A stretch of DNA of 36,142 bases from an uncultured Verrucomicrobiota bacterium (lineage in GTDB: Bacteria > Verrucomicrobiota > Verrucomicrobiia > Limisphaerales > JAEYXS01). Of the stretch, positions 1 to 10,200 are shown piece by piece. The translations under genes and the position numbers were made by a program. The notes beneath the pieces were generated by a model. That model saw nothing but the letters and a program-made list of their open reading frames with translations. It searched no databases and was not told the origin of the DNA. Within the stretch, counting starts at the first letter, position 1. Every line of letters begins with the position of its first letter. The stretch is from contig CAZRGY010000002.1 in NCBI GenBank assembly GCA_964599715.1, positions 1 to 36,142 of the forward strand, in the 5' to 3' direction.

Positions 1-478
1 AAATAGCGCCCACCATGGCGACCAGCAGCAAGACCGACAAAATCTCGAATGGCAGCAGGTATTGCGTGAAAAGAATATTTCCCAATTCCTTCACCTGCCC
101 CTGCTTCACCGGCATGGCCAGCCCTTCGCCCACTTTCGATTCCGCCAACGTCTTGACCAGGATCGCCGCGAGAGAGCCCACACCGATCACCGCAGCAGCG
201 ATGCCGTAGGTGTTCAGCTTGCGCCGTTCCTCTTCCTTCACGTCCAGCAACATGATGACGAACAGGAAAAGCACCATCACCGCGCCCGCATAGACCAGCA
301 CCTGGACCGCTGCGAGGAAGAAAGCGTGCAAGAGCACGAACAGACCAGCCATCGAAGCGATGGTCAGCACCAAGAACATGGCGCTGGTCACCGGGTTCCG
401 GCTAAACGGATTCGCCACCACCATGACGCCGCATAGCAGCGTCAAGAAGGCGAAGATGTAAAAGAAGATATCTTGCAT
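1..478 (-). CDS. nuoJ: NADH-quinone oxidoreductase subunit J, first ~159 codons (3' end runs off the left edge)
   Basis: Absent from the ORF track because the frame has no stop inside the window. My reverse-strand translation from ATG 478-476 reads MQDIFFYIFAFLTLLCGVMVVANPFSRNPVTSAMFLVLTIASMAGLFVLLHAFFLAAVQVLVYAGAVMVLFLFVIMLLD..., a hydrophobic ND6/NuoJ-type pattern. It lies 14 nt downstream of nuoI, in canonical nuo order. Confidence 0.85.
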   Translation of the reverse strand, partial: MQDIFFYIFAFLTLLCGVMVVANPFSRNPVTSAMFLVLTIASMAGLFVLLHAFFLAAVQVLVYAGAVMVLFLFVIMLLDVKEEERRKLNTYGIAAAVIGVGSLAAILVKTLAESKVGEGLAMPVKQGQVKELGNILFTQYLLPFEILSVLLLVAMVGAI

Positions 479-492
479 GGGTCTGGTTCGCC

Positions 493-1056
493 CTAATTTT
501 GCTTCACCGGGAAGGATTCCTGTTCCTCGGCTTCCTTGAGCTTGTGCTCCCATTTCTTGATAGGGCCGTTGTGCACGCCGCCCAGGTTCAGGAGCTTCTC
601 TTTGTTGTAAATCATTTCGCCACGGCTCAAGCCGGTGAGCGAGTAATCCTTTTGCAGGAAGATGGCTTCCTCCGGGCAGACTTCCTGGCAGAAGCCGCAG
701 AAGATGCACCGGAGCATATTGATCTCGAATTCCTTCGGCATCTTCTCCGCATTCGCGCGGTCGGCCACCTGGCCATCCGGTCCCGGAGGCGTGATCTTGA
801 TGGCCTTCGGCGGGCAGACGAACTCGCACAACTGGCAGGAAACACACTTCGTGTTACCATCTGGATCTTTCACCAGATACGGCGCGCCGCGATAGCCCTC
901 TGGCACGGTCCACTTCTGTTCGGGATACTGCATCGTCACGGACTTCCGCTGGAAGACCGTGCGATAGAAATGTTTGCCCGTCACCTTGAAGCCACCAAGG
1001 ATGGCCGGAAGGTAAATCCGCTCCCACCAACTTAATTCTGGGCGTTTAACGATCAT
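493..1056 (-). CDS. nuoI: NADH-quinone oxidoreductase subunit I (2x[4Fe-4S] ferredoxin-type)
   Basis: 187-aa ORF with an ATG start. Two CxxCxxCxxxCP motifs (CVSCQLCEFVCP and CIFCGFCQEVCP). Positioned between nuoH and nuoJ. Confidence 0.95.
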   Translation of the reverse strand: MIVKRPELSWWERIYLPAILGGFKVTGKHFYRTVFQRKSVTMQYPEQKWTVPEGYRGAPYLVKDPDGNTKCVSCQLCEFVCPPKAIKITPPGPDGQVADRANAEKMPKEFEINMLRCIFCGFCQEVCPEEAIFLQKDYSLTGLSRGEMIYNKEKLLNLGGVHNGPIKKWEHKLKEAEEQESFPVKQN

Positions 1057-1077
1057 AGGCTTTGCAATTCTCGATGG

Positions 1078-2178
1078 TTAGTTCGCAGCCCCCGAGGTGG
1101 TTGCCCAAAGATAGACGGCGTAAAAAAGGATGTTGGCGAGGGCGAATGGCACAAACCGGCGCCAGCCCAAGTCCATGAGCTGGTCATAGCGGAAACGTGG
1201 AAGCATCCAGCGCACCCAGATGAACAGCACCATGAAGAACAACATCTTGCCGATAAAAATTCCGATATGCAGCAGACCGCCCAAGACAGTCGCCGCCGGC
1301 TGATCCAGCCCGGCGAAAGGCAATGTCCAACCACCGAAGAATAACGTCACCATCATCGCGGAGGCGGCGATCATGTTCGTATACTCACCCATGAAGAACA
1401 TCGCAAACTTCATGGAGCTGTATTCCGTATTGTAACCGGCCACGAGTTCCGTTTCCGATTCCGGCAAGTCGAACGGCAGACGGTTCGTTTCCGCAAAGGC
1501 CGAGATGAGGAAAATGATGAAGCAGAACGGCAGCTTGAAGATGAGCCAGTTCGGCAGGAAACCAAGAATGGTCCCCTGTTGATAGCCGATGATGGAGCTG
1601 AGGTTCAGATCACCCACCAGCATGAACACCGGCACCACACTCATGCCCATGGCCAGTTCGTAGGAGACCAACTGCGCACTGGAACGGATACCGCCGAGGA
1701 ACGGGTACTTGGAATTGGCCGCGTATCCTGCCAAAACAACCCCATACACACCCAGCGAGATGATACCGAAAGTGTAGAGGATACCCACGTTCAGATCGGC
1801 GATGACCATCTTCTGGGCGCCCAGCGTCGAGCCGAACGGAATCACCGCCAGCACGAGAAAGGCCGGGATGAGCGTCAGCATCGGGGCGAGCCAGAAGTAA
1901 ACTTTCCGCACATGGGCGGGCATGAAGTCTTCCTTGAGGATCGCCTTCACGGCGTCAGCCGCCGGCTGCCCCAAGCCGAAGAGCTTGATCTTGGTGAGCG
2001 GGATACCGACACGGTTCGGCCCCACGCGGTCCTGGATCCACGCCGAGATGCGGCGTTCGGCCATCACGTAGTAGGAAACCATCGGCAATACCGCGAGAAA
2101 GAGGACCCCAAGAATCTTGATGGTCGCCCAGACCGCAGTCTGCATACCCGGAGACAAATTATTGATCCAATCGAACAT
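1078..2178 (-). CDS. nuoH: NADH-quinone oxidoreductase subunit H (ND1 homologue)
   Basis: 366-aa polytopic membrane ORF with the NuoH/ND1 signature ...YVMAERRISAWIQDRVGPNRVG... Follows nuoG in operon order. Confidence 0.95.
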   Translation of the reverse strand: MFDWINNLSPGMQTAVWATIKILGVLFLAVLPMVSYYVMAERRISAWIQDRVGPNRVGIPLTKIKLFGLGQPAADAVKAILKEDFMPAHVRKVYFWLAPMLTLIPAFLVLAVIPFGSTLGAQKMVIADLNVGILYTFGIISLGVYGVVLAGYAANSKYPFLGGIRSSAQLVSYELAMGMSVVPVFMLVGDLNLSSIIGYQQGTILGFLPNWLIFKLPFCFIIFLISAFAETNRLPFDLPESETELVAGYNTEYSSMKFAMFFMGEYTNMIAASAMMVTLFFGGWTLPFAGLDQPAATVLGGLLHIGIFIGKMLFFMVLFIWVRWMLPRFRYDQLMDLGWRRFVPFALANILFYAVYLWATTSGAAN

Positions 2179-2192
2179 GTGCCTCGCTCCGT

Positions 2193-3905
2193 CTAAATTT
2201 GCACAGTGACGCCCTTGTCACCGAGTGATGCCCAAGTGACCCCGTTGAACGCGGGGACTTCCGTGGCCATCTGATTGAAAAGCCCTTCGATGCTCACGAA
2301 ACCGTTTTGGCCCGTGACATTGTGGACGAGGTCATGGAGGAATTCCCATTCCGCACGCGCGTCACCAGGAGCTTCCACCGCCTTCATAAATTTCTGCACG
2401 CGACCTTTCACGTTCGTGAAGGAACCGCGCTTCTCGACATGGGCGCAACCCGGCAGCAGGTAATGCGCGGCCTCCGTCGTCTTGTTCGGCAGGATGTCGC
2501 TCACGACCAGCAACTCGAGCTTGCTGAGCAAGTCAGCGCCGATGCCATGCTTCGTCACATCTTCACCGAAGACGATGAGCGTCTTGATGCTGCCGCCCTT
2601 GATGCCTTCCGCGATTTTCGCGATGTTCGCGCCGAGCTCAGCACCAGCGATACCTGTGAGGCGGGCGCCGTTGCTGTTCGGATTTTTGTCGGCATTGACG
2701 AGCAGCTTGTCCCCTTCCCCGTTGCGGGCGACGGAATCCGTCAACGCACCGGTCTTGGCGGCAATCTTCTTCAACAGGTAAAGCTCTTCGTTCGTCTGGC
2801 GGGCGGAGGCGATGATGGCCACGGAGCCAGCGGCAGCTGCGCGCAACTTATCAGAAATCTCCTTGGTAGCAGCCGTCCAAGAGATGCGTTCCGCCTTGTC
2901 GCCCTGCTTCTTAATGAGCTGGGAGAGGCGGTCGGCGCGGCCGATCCACTTGTAATTCAAGCGGCCGCTGTCGCACATCCACGGACCATTGACCGCATCG
3001 TTATCGCGCGGTTCGTAGCGATAGACTTTGTTCTCGCGCTGGCCGACCACGATATTGCAACCCGTGCCGCAGCTCGTGCAGAGGCTCTTGGCTTCCTTGA
3101 GGAACCAGACGCGCATCTGGAAACGGAAATCTTTCGAAGTCAACGCCCCCACCGGACAGATATCCACGGTGTTGAGCGTGTAATTGTTATCGAACTTCGT
3201 GCCGGGATACGCGGCGATCGTGTTGTAGCTGCCGCGATTCACGATGCCCAGCTTGTCATCCCCCACGATGTCTTTGGTGAAACGGATACAACGGGTGCAC
3301 AAGACACAACGTTCGTCATCCAGCATGATCCGCGGTCCGAGGTCCACCGCCTTCGGCTTGTGCACCTTGGCTTCCACGAACTTGCTCTCAGCCTGACCGT
3401 GTTCAACAGAATATTCCTGCAGCTTGCACTCGCCTGCCTGGTCACAGATCGGGCAGTCCAGCGGGTGATTGATGAGCAGCGATTCCAACACTGCCTCACG
3501 CATCTGCTTCGTGGCGGCGGAGTTGGGGTAAATCTCCATGCCCGGCGAGATGGGCGTAGCACAGGCGATCGCACCACGCGGCGTGGAGGGCTCGTAAGGC
3601 AGCACGGACTTGGCGATCTTCGGGGTGCCGTCCTCGTTCATCACGGGCTTGCGATCCGGTCCCATCGCCGGGGTGCCGAACTCGACGAGGCACATACGGC
3701 AGTTACCGGCGATCGGCAGTTTCGGATGATAGCAATAATGCGGCACCTCGCCTCCGGCGATCTGGCAGGCTTGGAGCATGGTGGTAGGCACCATCTTGCC
3801 CTGCCAGTCGGGCATCATCTTCGGCACATCGATCTCGCGCCCATCCACTTTGATGCGGATGGTCTCGACGGCGGGTTTCGTTTCCGTTGTCGCAGCGTTA
3901 GACAT
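2193..3905 (-). CDS. nuoG: NADH-quinone oxidoreductase subunit G (short, 570-aa form)
   Basis: Carries the N-terminal 2Fe-2S motif (CYHPKLPIAGNCRMCLVE), HPLDCPICDQAGECKLQ, and CVLCTRCIRF...CPVGAL cluster motifs, followed by a molybdopterin-oxidoreductase-like C-terminal part. Its start lies 2 nt after the nuoF stop. Confidence 0.93.
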   Translation of the reverse strand: MSNAATTETKPAVETIRIKVDGREIDVPKMMPDWQGKMVPTTMLQACQIAGGEVPHYCYHPKLPIAGNCRMCLVEFGTPAMGPDRKPVMNEDGTPKIAKSVLPYEPSTPRGAIACATPISPGMEIYPNSAATKQMREAVLESLLINHPLDCPICDQAGECKLQEYSVEHGQAESKFVEAKVHKPKAVDLGPRIMLDDERCVLCTRCIRFTKDIVGDDKLGIVNRGSYNTIAAYPGTKFDNNYTLNTVDICPVGALTSKDFRFQMRVWFLKEAKSLCTSCGTGCNIVVGQRENKVYRYEPRDNDAVNGPWMCDSGRLNYKWIGRADRLSQLIKKQGDKAERISWTAATKEISDKLRAAAAGSVAIIASARQTNEELYLLKKIAAKTGALTDSVARNGEGDKLLVNADKNPNSNGARLTGIAGAELGANIAKIAEGIKGGSIKTLIVFGEDVTKHGIGADLLSKLELLVVSDILPNKTTEAAHYLLPGCAHVEKRGSFTNVKGRVQKFMKAVEAPGDARAEWEFLHDLVHNVTGQNGFVSIEGLFNQMATEVPAFNGVTWASLGDKGVTVQI

Positions 3906-3907
3906 GG

Positions 3908-5335
<1,428 letters not shown>

Positions 5336-5388
5336 ATCAACAGCTTGACTAAAAACCTAAAACCACTACTTTTCTCCGCGCTCCGGAT

Positions 5389-5462
5389 TGCCCGATGGTG
5401 TAATGGTAGCACAACAGATTCTGAATCTGTTTGTCATGGTTCGAATCCATGTCGGGCAGCCA
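5389..5462 (+). tRNA. tRNA-Gln (anticodon CUG), CCA encoded
   Basis: A hand-folded cloverleaf fits:
- acceptor TGCCCGA/TCGGGCA, with the U1-A72 pair typical of bacterial tRNA-Gln
- D stem GTGT/GCAC
- anticodon stem ACAGA/TCTGT with loop TTCTGAA (anticodon CTG)
- T arm CATGG-TTCGAAT-CCATG, then discriminator G and CCA

It lies on the strand opposite the flanking nuoE and nuoF genes. Confidence 0.9.
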
Positions 5463-5464
5463 CT

Positions 5465-5953
5465 TCATGAGCACTTCTTCAAAATTTCCTCGGCCTTATC
5501 GTTGCTGACGCCTTCATAGAAGTCGTCATTGCACATCATCACGGGAGCCGTCCCGCAACTGGCCAGGCATTCCACATATTCGACCGAAAACTTGCCGTCT
5601 TTCGACGTCTGCAAACCGTGCTTGTGCGGGTCCATCCCGAGCTTGCTGCACAGATGATCATGCAGCTTGTGAGAGCCACCCAGTGCGCAGCTCAACGTGC
5701 GGCAGACTTTCAAGACATACTTGCCCGGCTGCTCCTGACGGAACATTGGGTAGAACGTCACCAACTCATAGACATTGATGGGCTGGAGCTCGAGTTTCTT
5801 GGCGATCCACTCAATGGCCTCTTTCGAGATATAGCCGAACTCCTCCTGAGTGGCGTGCAGGAGCATGAGCGACGCACTCCGCTTGTTCACCGGATAGTGC
5901 GAGATCAACTCATCGATCTCCGCTTCAAAACTGGCTGTAACCGTAAAACTCAT
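5465..5953 (-). CDS. nuoE: NADH-quinone oxidoreductase subunit E (2Fe-2S, 24-kDa homologue)
   Basis: Thioredoxin-like 2Fe-2S motifs CRTLSCALGG and CLASCGTAPVMMC. The ORF-track start at 5971 is a TTG. I prefer ATG 5953 (MSFTVTASFEAEIDELISHYP...), which has a GAGGA-like Shine-Dalgarno about 8 nt upstream. Confidence 0.92.
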   Translation of the reverse strand: MSFTVTASFEAEIDELISHYPVNKRSASLMLLHATQEEFGYISKEAIEWIAKKLELQPINVYELVTFYPMFRQEQPGKYVLKVCRTLSCALGGSHKLHDHLCSKLGMDPHKHGLQTSKDGKFSVEYVECLASCGTAPVMMCNDDFYEGVSNDKAEEILKKCS

Positions 5954-5973
5954 GTTCTGTTTCCTCTGCAAGA

Positions 5974-7242
5974 CTAGCGGTCACACTCACCCATCACGAA
6001 ATCGAGCGATCCCAAGATCGCCACGGTGTCGCTCATCATATGACCGGGCAACAGCTCGGCCAGAACGCTCAGGTTCACAAACGATGGCGAGCGGATCTTC
6101 ATCCGGAACGGCGTCCCGCCGCCCTTGCTGCAAATATAAAAGCCCAGTTCGCCCTTCGGATTTTCCGCCCCGAAATAGACTTCACCGGCCGGCGCATTCT
6201 GCCCTTGGGTCACCAGCATGAACTGATGGATCAGCTCTTCCATCTTGGTGAGCACCTTGTCCTTCGGCGGCAAAACGATCTTGCCATCCGGAACATTGAT
6301 CGGGCCGCCAGGCAACTGATCCAGGCACTGGCGGATGATGCGCACGCTCTGCCGCATCTCTTCCATGCGGACGAGGTAGCGGTCATAGCAATCACCCACC
6401 GAACCGACCGGAACATCGAACTCAAGCCGGTCGTAAACGAGGTAAGGCGAGGCCTTCCGCAAATCGTGATTCACCCCACTGCCGCGCAGATTCGGACCGG
6501 ACAGACCGTAATCAATGGCCATCTCTTTCGAGATGACGCCCAAATCCTTGGTACGATCGATGAAGATGGGGTTGCGCGTGAGCAACTGCTCACTCTCATC
6601 AAAGTTCACCACCACTTCATCGCAGAACTGACGCAGTTGCTCCACCCAACCCGGGGGGATATCACGGGAAAGGCCGCCAACACGGGTGTAGCTCGTCGTG
6701 AAACGGGCACCCGTCAGGGATTCACAGAGGTTATAGATCTTTTCACGCTCAGTGAACGTGTGCAGGAAGACGGTCAGCGCACCGACATCCATCGCGAAAG
6801 CACCCAAGCCCAGCAAGTGAGCCTGGATACGCCCCAACTCGCAACAGATCACGCGGATGTATTGGCAACGCTCCGGGATCTGTTTCTCGATGCCCAGCAG
6901 CTTTTCCACCGCCATCACATAGGCAACGTTGTTCGCCAGCGGCGCGAGGTAGTCCAGTCGATCCGTGTATGGGATGAACTGGTTATACGTCATGTTCTCC
7001 GCAATCTTCTCGTCACCGCGGTGCAGGTAACCGACATCCGGAACGGCCTTGGAAATGATCTCACCATCCAGCTCCAAGATGATGCGCAGCACCCCGTGAG
7101 TGGCCGGATGGGAAGGCCCCATGTTCAAGACCATCTTCTCACCCACCATCTCGCCGTCTTCGGGGAGCTGGGGATTGCCCGCAAACGCATCAGCAGCGCG
7201 GGCGGCGGCATCTTTAAATTCTATGTCTTGGACCGTGCTCAT
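5974..7242 (-). CDS. nuoD: NADH-quinone oxidoreductase subunit D (49-kDa homologue)
   Basis: Motifs LNMGPSHPATHGVLRI near the N-terminus and ...LDFVMGECDR at the C-terminus. The ORF-track start at 7254 is a TTG; an in-frame ATG at 7242 (MSTVQDIEF...) is the more likely start, but either is possible. Confidence 0.93.
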   Translation of the reverse strand: MSTVQDIEFKDAAARAADAFAGNPQLPEDGEMVGEKMVLNMGPSHPATHGVLRIILELDGEIISKAVPDVGYLHRGDEKIAENMTYNQFIPYTDRLDYLAPLANNVAYVMAVEKLLGIEKQIPERCQYIRVICCELGRIQAHLLGLGAFAMDVGALTVFLHTFTEREKIYNLCESLTGARFTTSYTRVGGLSRDIPPGWVEQLRQFCDEVVVNFDESEQLLTRNPIFIDRTKDLGVISKEMAIDYGLSGPNLRGSGVNHDLRKASPYLVYDRLEFDVPVGSVGDCYDRYLVRMEEMRQSVRIIRQCLDQLPGGPINVPDGKIVLPPKDKVLTKMEELIHQFMLVTQGQNAPAGEVYFGAENPKGELGFYICSKGGGTPFRMKIRSPSFVNLSVLAELLPGHMMSDTVAILGSLDFVMGECDR

Positions 7243-7262
7243 TCGGTTCAGCAAAAATAGGG

Positions 7263-7844
7263 CTAATCCTGTTCGGGAATCCGGGCGCGAGGCTCACGGG
7301 CAATGGAATCCTTACCCCCGGCCACCGTCACAAACGGGCCACCCTCTAATGGAGCGGGCTTGGTGAAGGCCACCTCCGGCAGATCACTCGGCTTGCCGGC
7401 CAACGGAAAGTCTTTGCGCAGAGGGAAATACGGATAGCCTTCCCACATCAAGATACGCCGCAAATCGGGGTGGCCGGTGAAGCGGATACCCATCATGTCG
7501 TAAATCTCACGCTCATGCCAATTGGCCGTGCGCCAGACCGAAGTGACGGTGGGAAGCTCCGCTTTTTCCTCTGAGACATTGGTTTTCAGGCGGATGTGGG
7601 TATTATGCCCGATGCCTGAAAGTTCATACACGACGGTAAACCGCGGATCATCACCGTAGTGGTCAAGGCTGCTGATATCGATGAGGTAATCGCAACCCAG
7701 CTCCTTCTTGGCGAAGGCGCAAACTTCAGCAATCTTTTGGGCATCAGCCACTTGCACCGTGATTTCGGAACGAAACTCAGGTGCTATAGTCAGCAGATCG
7801 CCAAATCGAGCAGTTAATTTTTGTGCCAGATCCAATGCGGACAT
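7263..7844 (-). CDS. nuoC: NADH-quinone oxidoreductase subunit C (30-kDa homologue)
   Basis: 193-aa ORF with ...ANWHEREIYDMMGIRFTGHPDLRRIL... Separate from nuoD (not a fused NuoCD). Confidence 0.93.
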   Translation of the reverse strand: MSALDLAQKLTARFGDLLTIAPEFRSEITVQVADAQKIAEVCAFAKKELGCDYLIDISSLDHYGDDPRFTVVYELSGIGHNTHIRLKTNVSEEKAELPTVTSVWRTANWHEREIYDMMGIRFTGHPDLRRILMWEGYPYFPLRKDFPLAGKPSDLPEVAFTKPAPLEGGPFVTVAGGKDSIAREPRARIPEQD

Positions 7845-7874
7845 GGTAGAGAAAACTTATTGATTACCAGGCGC

Positions 7875-8402
7875 TTATGCAGCCTGCTTGCCGGATGTTG
7901 AGATAACCAAGTCCTTAACGACAGGCTGGGTCTCAATCTTCTTTTGCAGCTTCATCAAAGCATCGAGCAAAGCTTCCGGACGCGGCGGGCAACCGGCCAC
8001 ATAGACATCCACCGGCACGATGTTGTCCACCCCTTGCAGCACCGCATAGCTGCGATACATGCCGCCAGTGGAAGCGCAAGCCCCCATGGCGATGACCCAC
8101 TTCGGCTCCGGCATCTGGTCGTAAATACGACGCACGGCCATGGCCATTTTATAGGTGACAGTTCCCGCAACCACCATGACATCCGCCTGGCGAGGAGAAA
8201 AACGCATCACTTCAGAACCAAAGCGTGAAATATCATACCGACTGGCCCCGGCAGCCATCAATTCGATGGCGCAACAGGCCAAGCCCATCGGCATCGGCCA
8301 GACTGAATTCTTGCGAAACCAGTTCAGCGCAGCGTCAACACGAGTGACGATCACTTCGCCTTCGACCTTAGAATTATAGCCAATTTCAGTGTGCGTTTGC
8401 AT
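7875..8402 (-). CDS. nuoB: NADH-quinone oxidoreductase subunit B (N2 cluster, PSST homologue)
   Basis: 175-aa ORF with [16 protein letters not shown] and AGCPPRPE cysteine motifs. It is the first gene of the cluster; no nuoA-sized ORF fits in the 150 nt upstream. Confidence 0.95.
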
Positions 8403-8465
8403 AACACATGCCGCATCCGCGACAGATTTCCAACTATGCCGTCAGAAGGTATGGACGCAAGCAGT

Positions 8466-8483
8466 TTGTGATTTTTTTCACAA
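8466..8483. promoter_or_regulatory. Perfect CRP/FNR-family-type palindrome TTGTGA-N6-TCACAA in the nuoB / 8553-gene divergent intergenic region
   Basis: Read directly: TTGTGA (8466-8471), TTTTTT, TCACAA (8478-8483). The core matches the TGTGA-N6-TCACA consensus. A third TCACA follows at 8486-8490. The centre is ~72 nt upstream of the nuoB ATG and ~78 nt upstream of the 8553 ATG. A weak minus-strand -35/-10 candidate (TTGCGT-N16-CATAGT, 8460-8433) lies just downstream of it. Confidence 0.45.
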
Positions 8484-8552
8484 GCTCACACCTTCCGGCA
8501 ATCCATCCTTTACCTTGAGCGCCTAACCAGCCAAAAACTCCTAGTTTCACCC

Positions 8553-10163
8553 ATGAACCTGACTTCAGACCGATCAAAACTGCTGGCCTGGTGCCTCCTG
8601 CTGTTCATGGCGACCTTTCTGCTTTTTTTACCAACGGTTCATCATGAATTTCTGAACTACGATGATGATCACTACATCACGGAGAGCGAGCAGGTTAAGC
8701 AGGGCCTCACCCCTGCGTCTGCTTTCAATGCGTTGATAGAGCCCCATTTTTTCATGTGGCATCCGGCCACTACTTGGTCCCTGCAATTGGACCACACCTT
8801 GTTCGGTTTGAACCCGGCTGGGTACCACTTGATGAATGTGATATTTCACAGCCTGAGCTGCTGCCTGGCATTCCTGCTGGCATATAGGTTGGGCAGCAGT
8901 CTGTCGCTGGCCATATTGATCGCCACACTTTTTGCCTGGCATCCGTTGAGGGTTGAGTCGGTGGCTTGGGCGGCAGAGCGCAAGGATGTGCTCTCCACCC
9001 TGTTTTGGCTGCTGACACTGCATTGCTATCTGAGCTGGCATCGCCAAAGCTCAAAGCACTACCAGAAACTCACCTACGCAGCGGCCATCCTAGCCATGAT
9101 GAGCAAGCCTATCACCATCACCTTGCCCATCACCTTGCTGCTATTGGATCTCTGGCCGTTAAAACGTATGGACGTCGAATCCTTGGCGGGCATCTGGGAG
9201 CGAAATAAAAAGCTGGTCAGTGAAAAAGCCGGGTTTTTTGCATGCGCAATCCTGTTGGCGGCAGCAACCCTATATTTCCAAGCACAATCTGAAACCATTG
9301 TCGGACTGGATGAGCTTCCTCTGACTTCACGAGTGGCCAACGCCTGCTCTGCCTATTTGAGCTACCTGGGTAAAATAATCTACCCGGCAAACCTCTCCGT
9401 TTTCTATCCACCAAGGGCTCAAACCCCGGTCCTGACAGCCATTATTTCAGTGATCTTCTTCAGCTCGATCTCACTCTACGCATGGCGAGAGAGAGCGCAG
9501 AAACCTTATCTGCTTTTTGGTCTCCTGATGTTCCTAGTTACGTTGCTGCCGGTTATCGGCCTGCTGCAATCGGGCCGTCAATCGATGGCTGACCGCTATT
9601 CATACTTTTCTTCTCTGGGAGTCATCATCGCACTGATTTTCTGCCTGGCCGAAATATTACCCAAACGAGCTCCCCGTATGATACTGCAAGTAGCAGCTGT
9701 CTTGATGATCGCAGTCAGTGCGTTACTTACCCGCAACCAACTTTCGTATTGGCGCAACAGCGAAACGTTGTTTCGTCATGCACTATCAGTCACAAAGGAC
9801 AATTACATCGCACATATCAATTTGGGGGCCGCCCTGGCCAATCAGGGAAACCTGGATGAAGCACTGACACAATACGAAGCAGCTTTAACAATCCGCCCGA
9901 GCGCGGAATTGCACTACAAGCTGGGCAAAGCCCTGCTCTCTGCCAAGCAGCCAAAACAAGCCCAAGAGCATCTGTGGAAAGCCACCGAACTAAAACCTGA
10001 CTTTGCTGAGGCATACTTCGAACTGGCCATGGCTCTGGCAGAGCAAAACCGTTTCGAAGAAGGCGTAAGTTTTCTGCAAAAAGCCCTATCCTTGAAACCG
10101 GAACTACAGCAACGGCTCAACCTACCGCCTGAACCGGCAAAAAAGGCGACAGGAACACCTTGA
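8553..10163 (+). CDS. TMTC-like GT-C family membrane glycosyltransferase with C-terminal TPR repeats (putative protein O-mannosyltransferase-type)
   Basis: 536-aa ORF. About 10 hydrophobic helices in the first ~400 aa. Acidic first-loop motif FLNYDDDHYITE, as in GT-C enzymes. C-terminal TPR-like repeats (...AHINLGAALANQGNLDEALTQYEAALTIRP..., ...DFAEAYFELAMALAEQNRFEEGVSFLQKALSLKP...). Confidence 0.65.
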   Translation: MNLTSDRSKLLAWCLLLFMATFLLFLPTVHHEFLNYDDDHYITESEQVKQGLTPASAFNALIEPHFFMWHPATTWSLQLDHTLFGLNPAGYHLMNVIFHSLSCCLAFLLAYRLGSSLSLAILIATLFAWHPLRVESVAWAAERKDVLSTLFWLLTLHCYLSWHRQSSKHYQKLTYAAAILAMMSKPITITLPITLLLLDLWPLKRMDVESLAGIWERNKKLVSEKAGFFACAILLAAATLYFQAQSETIVGLDELPLTSRVANACSAYLSYLGKIIYPANLSVFYPPRAQTPVLTAIISVIFFSSISLYAWRERAQKPYLLFGLLMFLVTLLPVIGLLQSGRQSMADRYSYFSSLGVIIALIFCLAEILPKRAPRMILQVAAVLMIAVSALLTRNQLSYWRNSETLFRHALSVTKDNYIAHINLGAALANQGNLDEALTQYEAALTIRPSAELHYKLGKALLSAKQPKQAQEHLWKATELKPDFAEAYFELAMALAEQNRFEEGVSFLQKALSLKPELQQRLNLPPEPAKKATGTP

Positions 10164-10200
10164 TACGAGCTGCTTTGCACAAGAGAATGAAAAAGATTTT

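Noticed and set aside
15-436. Plus-strand ORFs 15-209 and 62-436 at the left edge.
   Set aside because: The opposite strand translates into a clean NuoJ N-terminus starting at ATG 478 and fits the operon order. The plus-strand products have no membrane or family features.
2193-3905. Possibility that nuoG (570 aa, versus ~900 aa in E. coli) is truncated or a pseudogene.
   Set aside because: All N-terminal Fe-S ligand motifs are intact. The ORF is tightly coupled to nuoF and nuoH (2-nt and 14-nt gaps), and no adjacent fragment continues the frame. Short NuoG forms exist in several phyla. It is worth a length comparison with relatives, but there is no evidence of decay.
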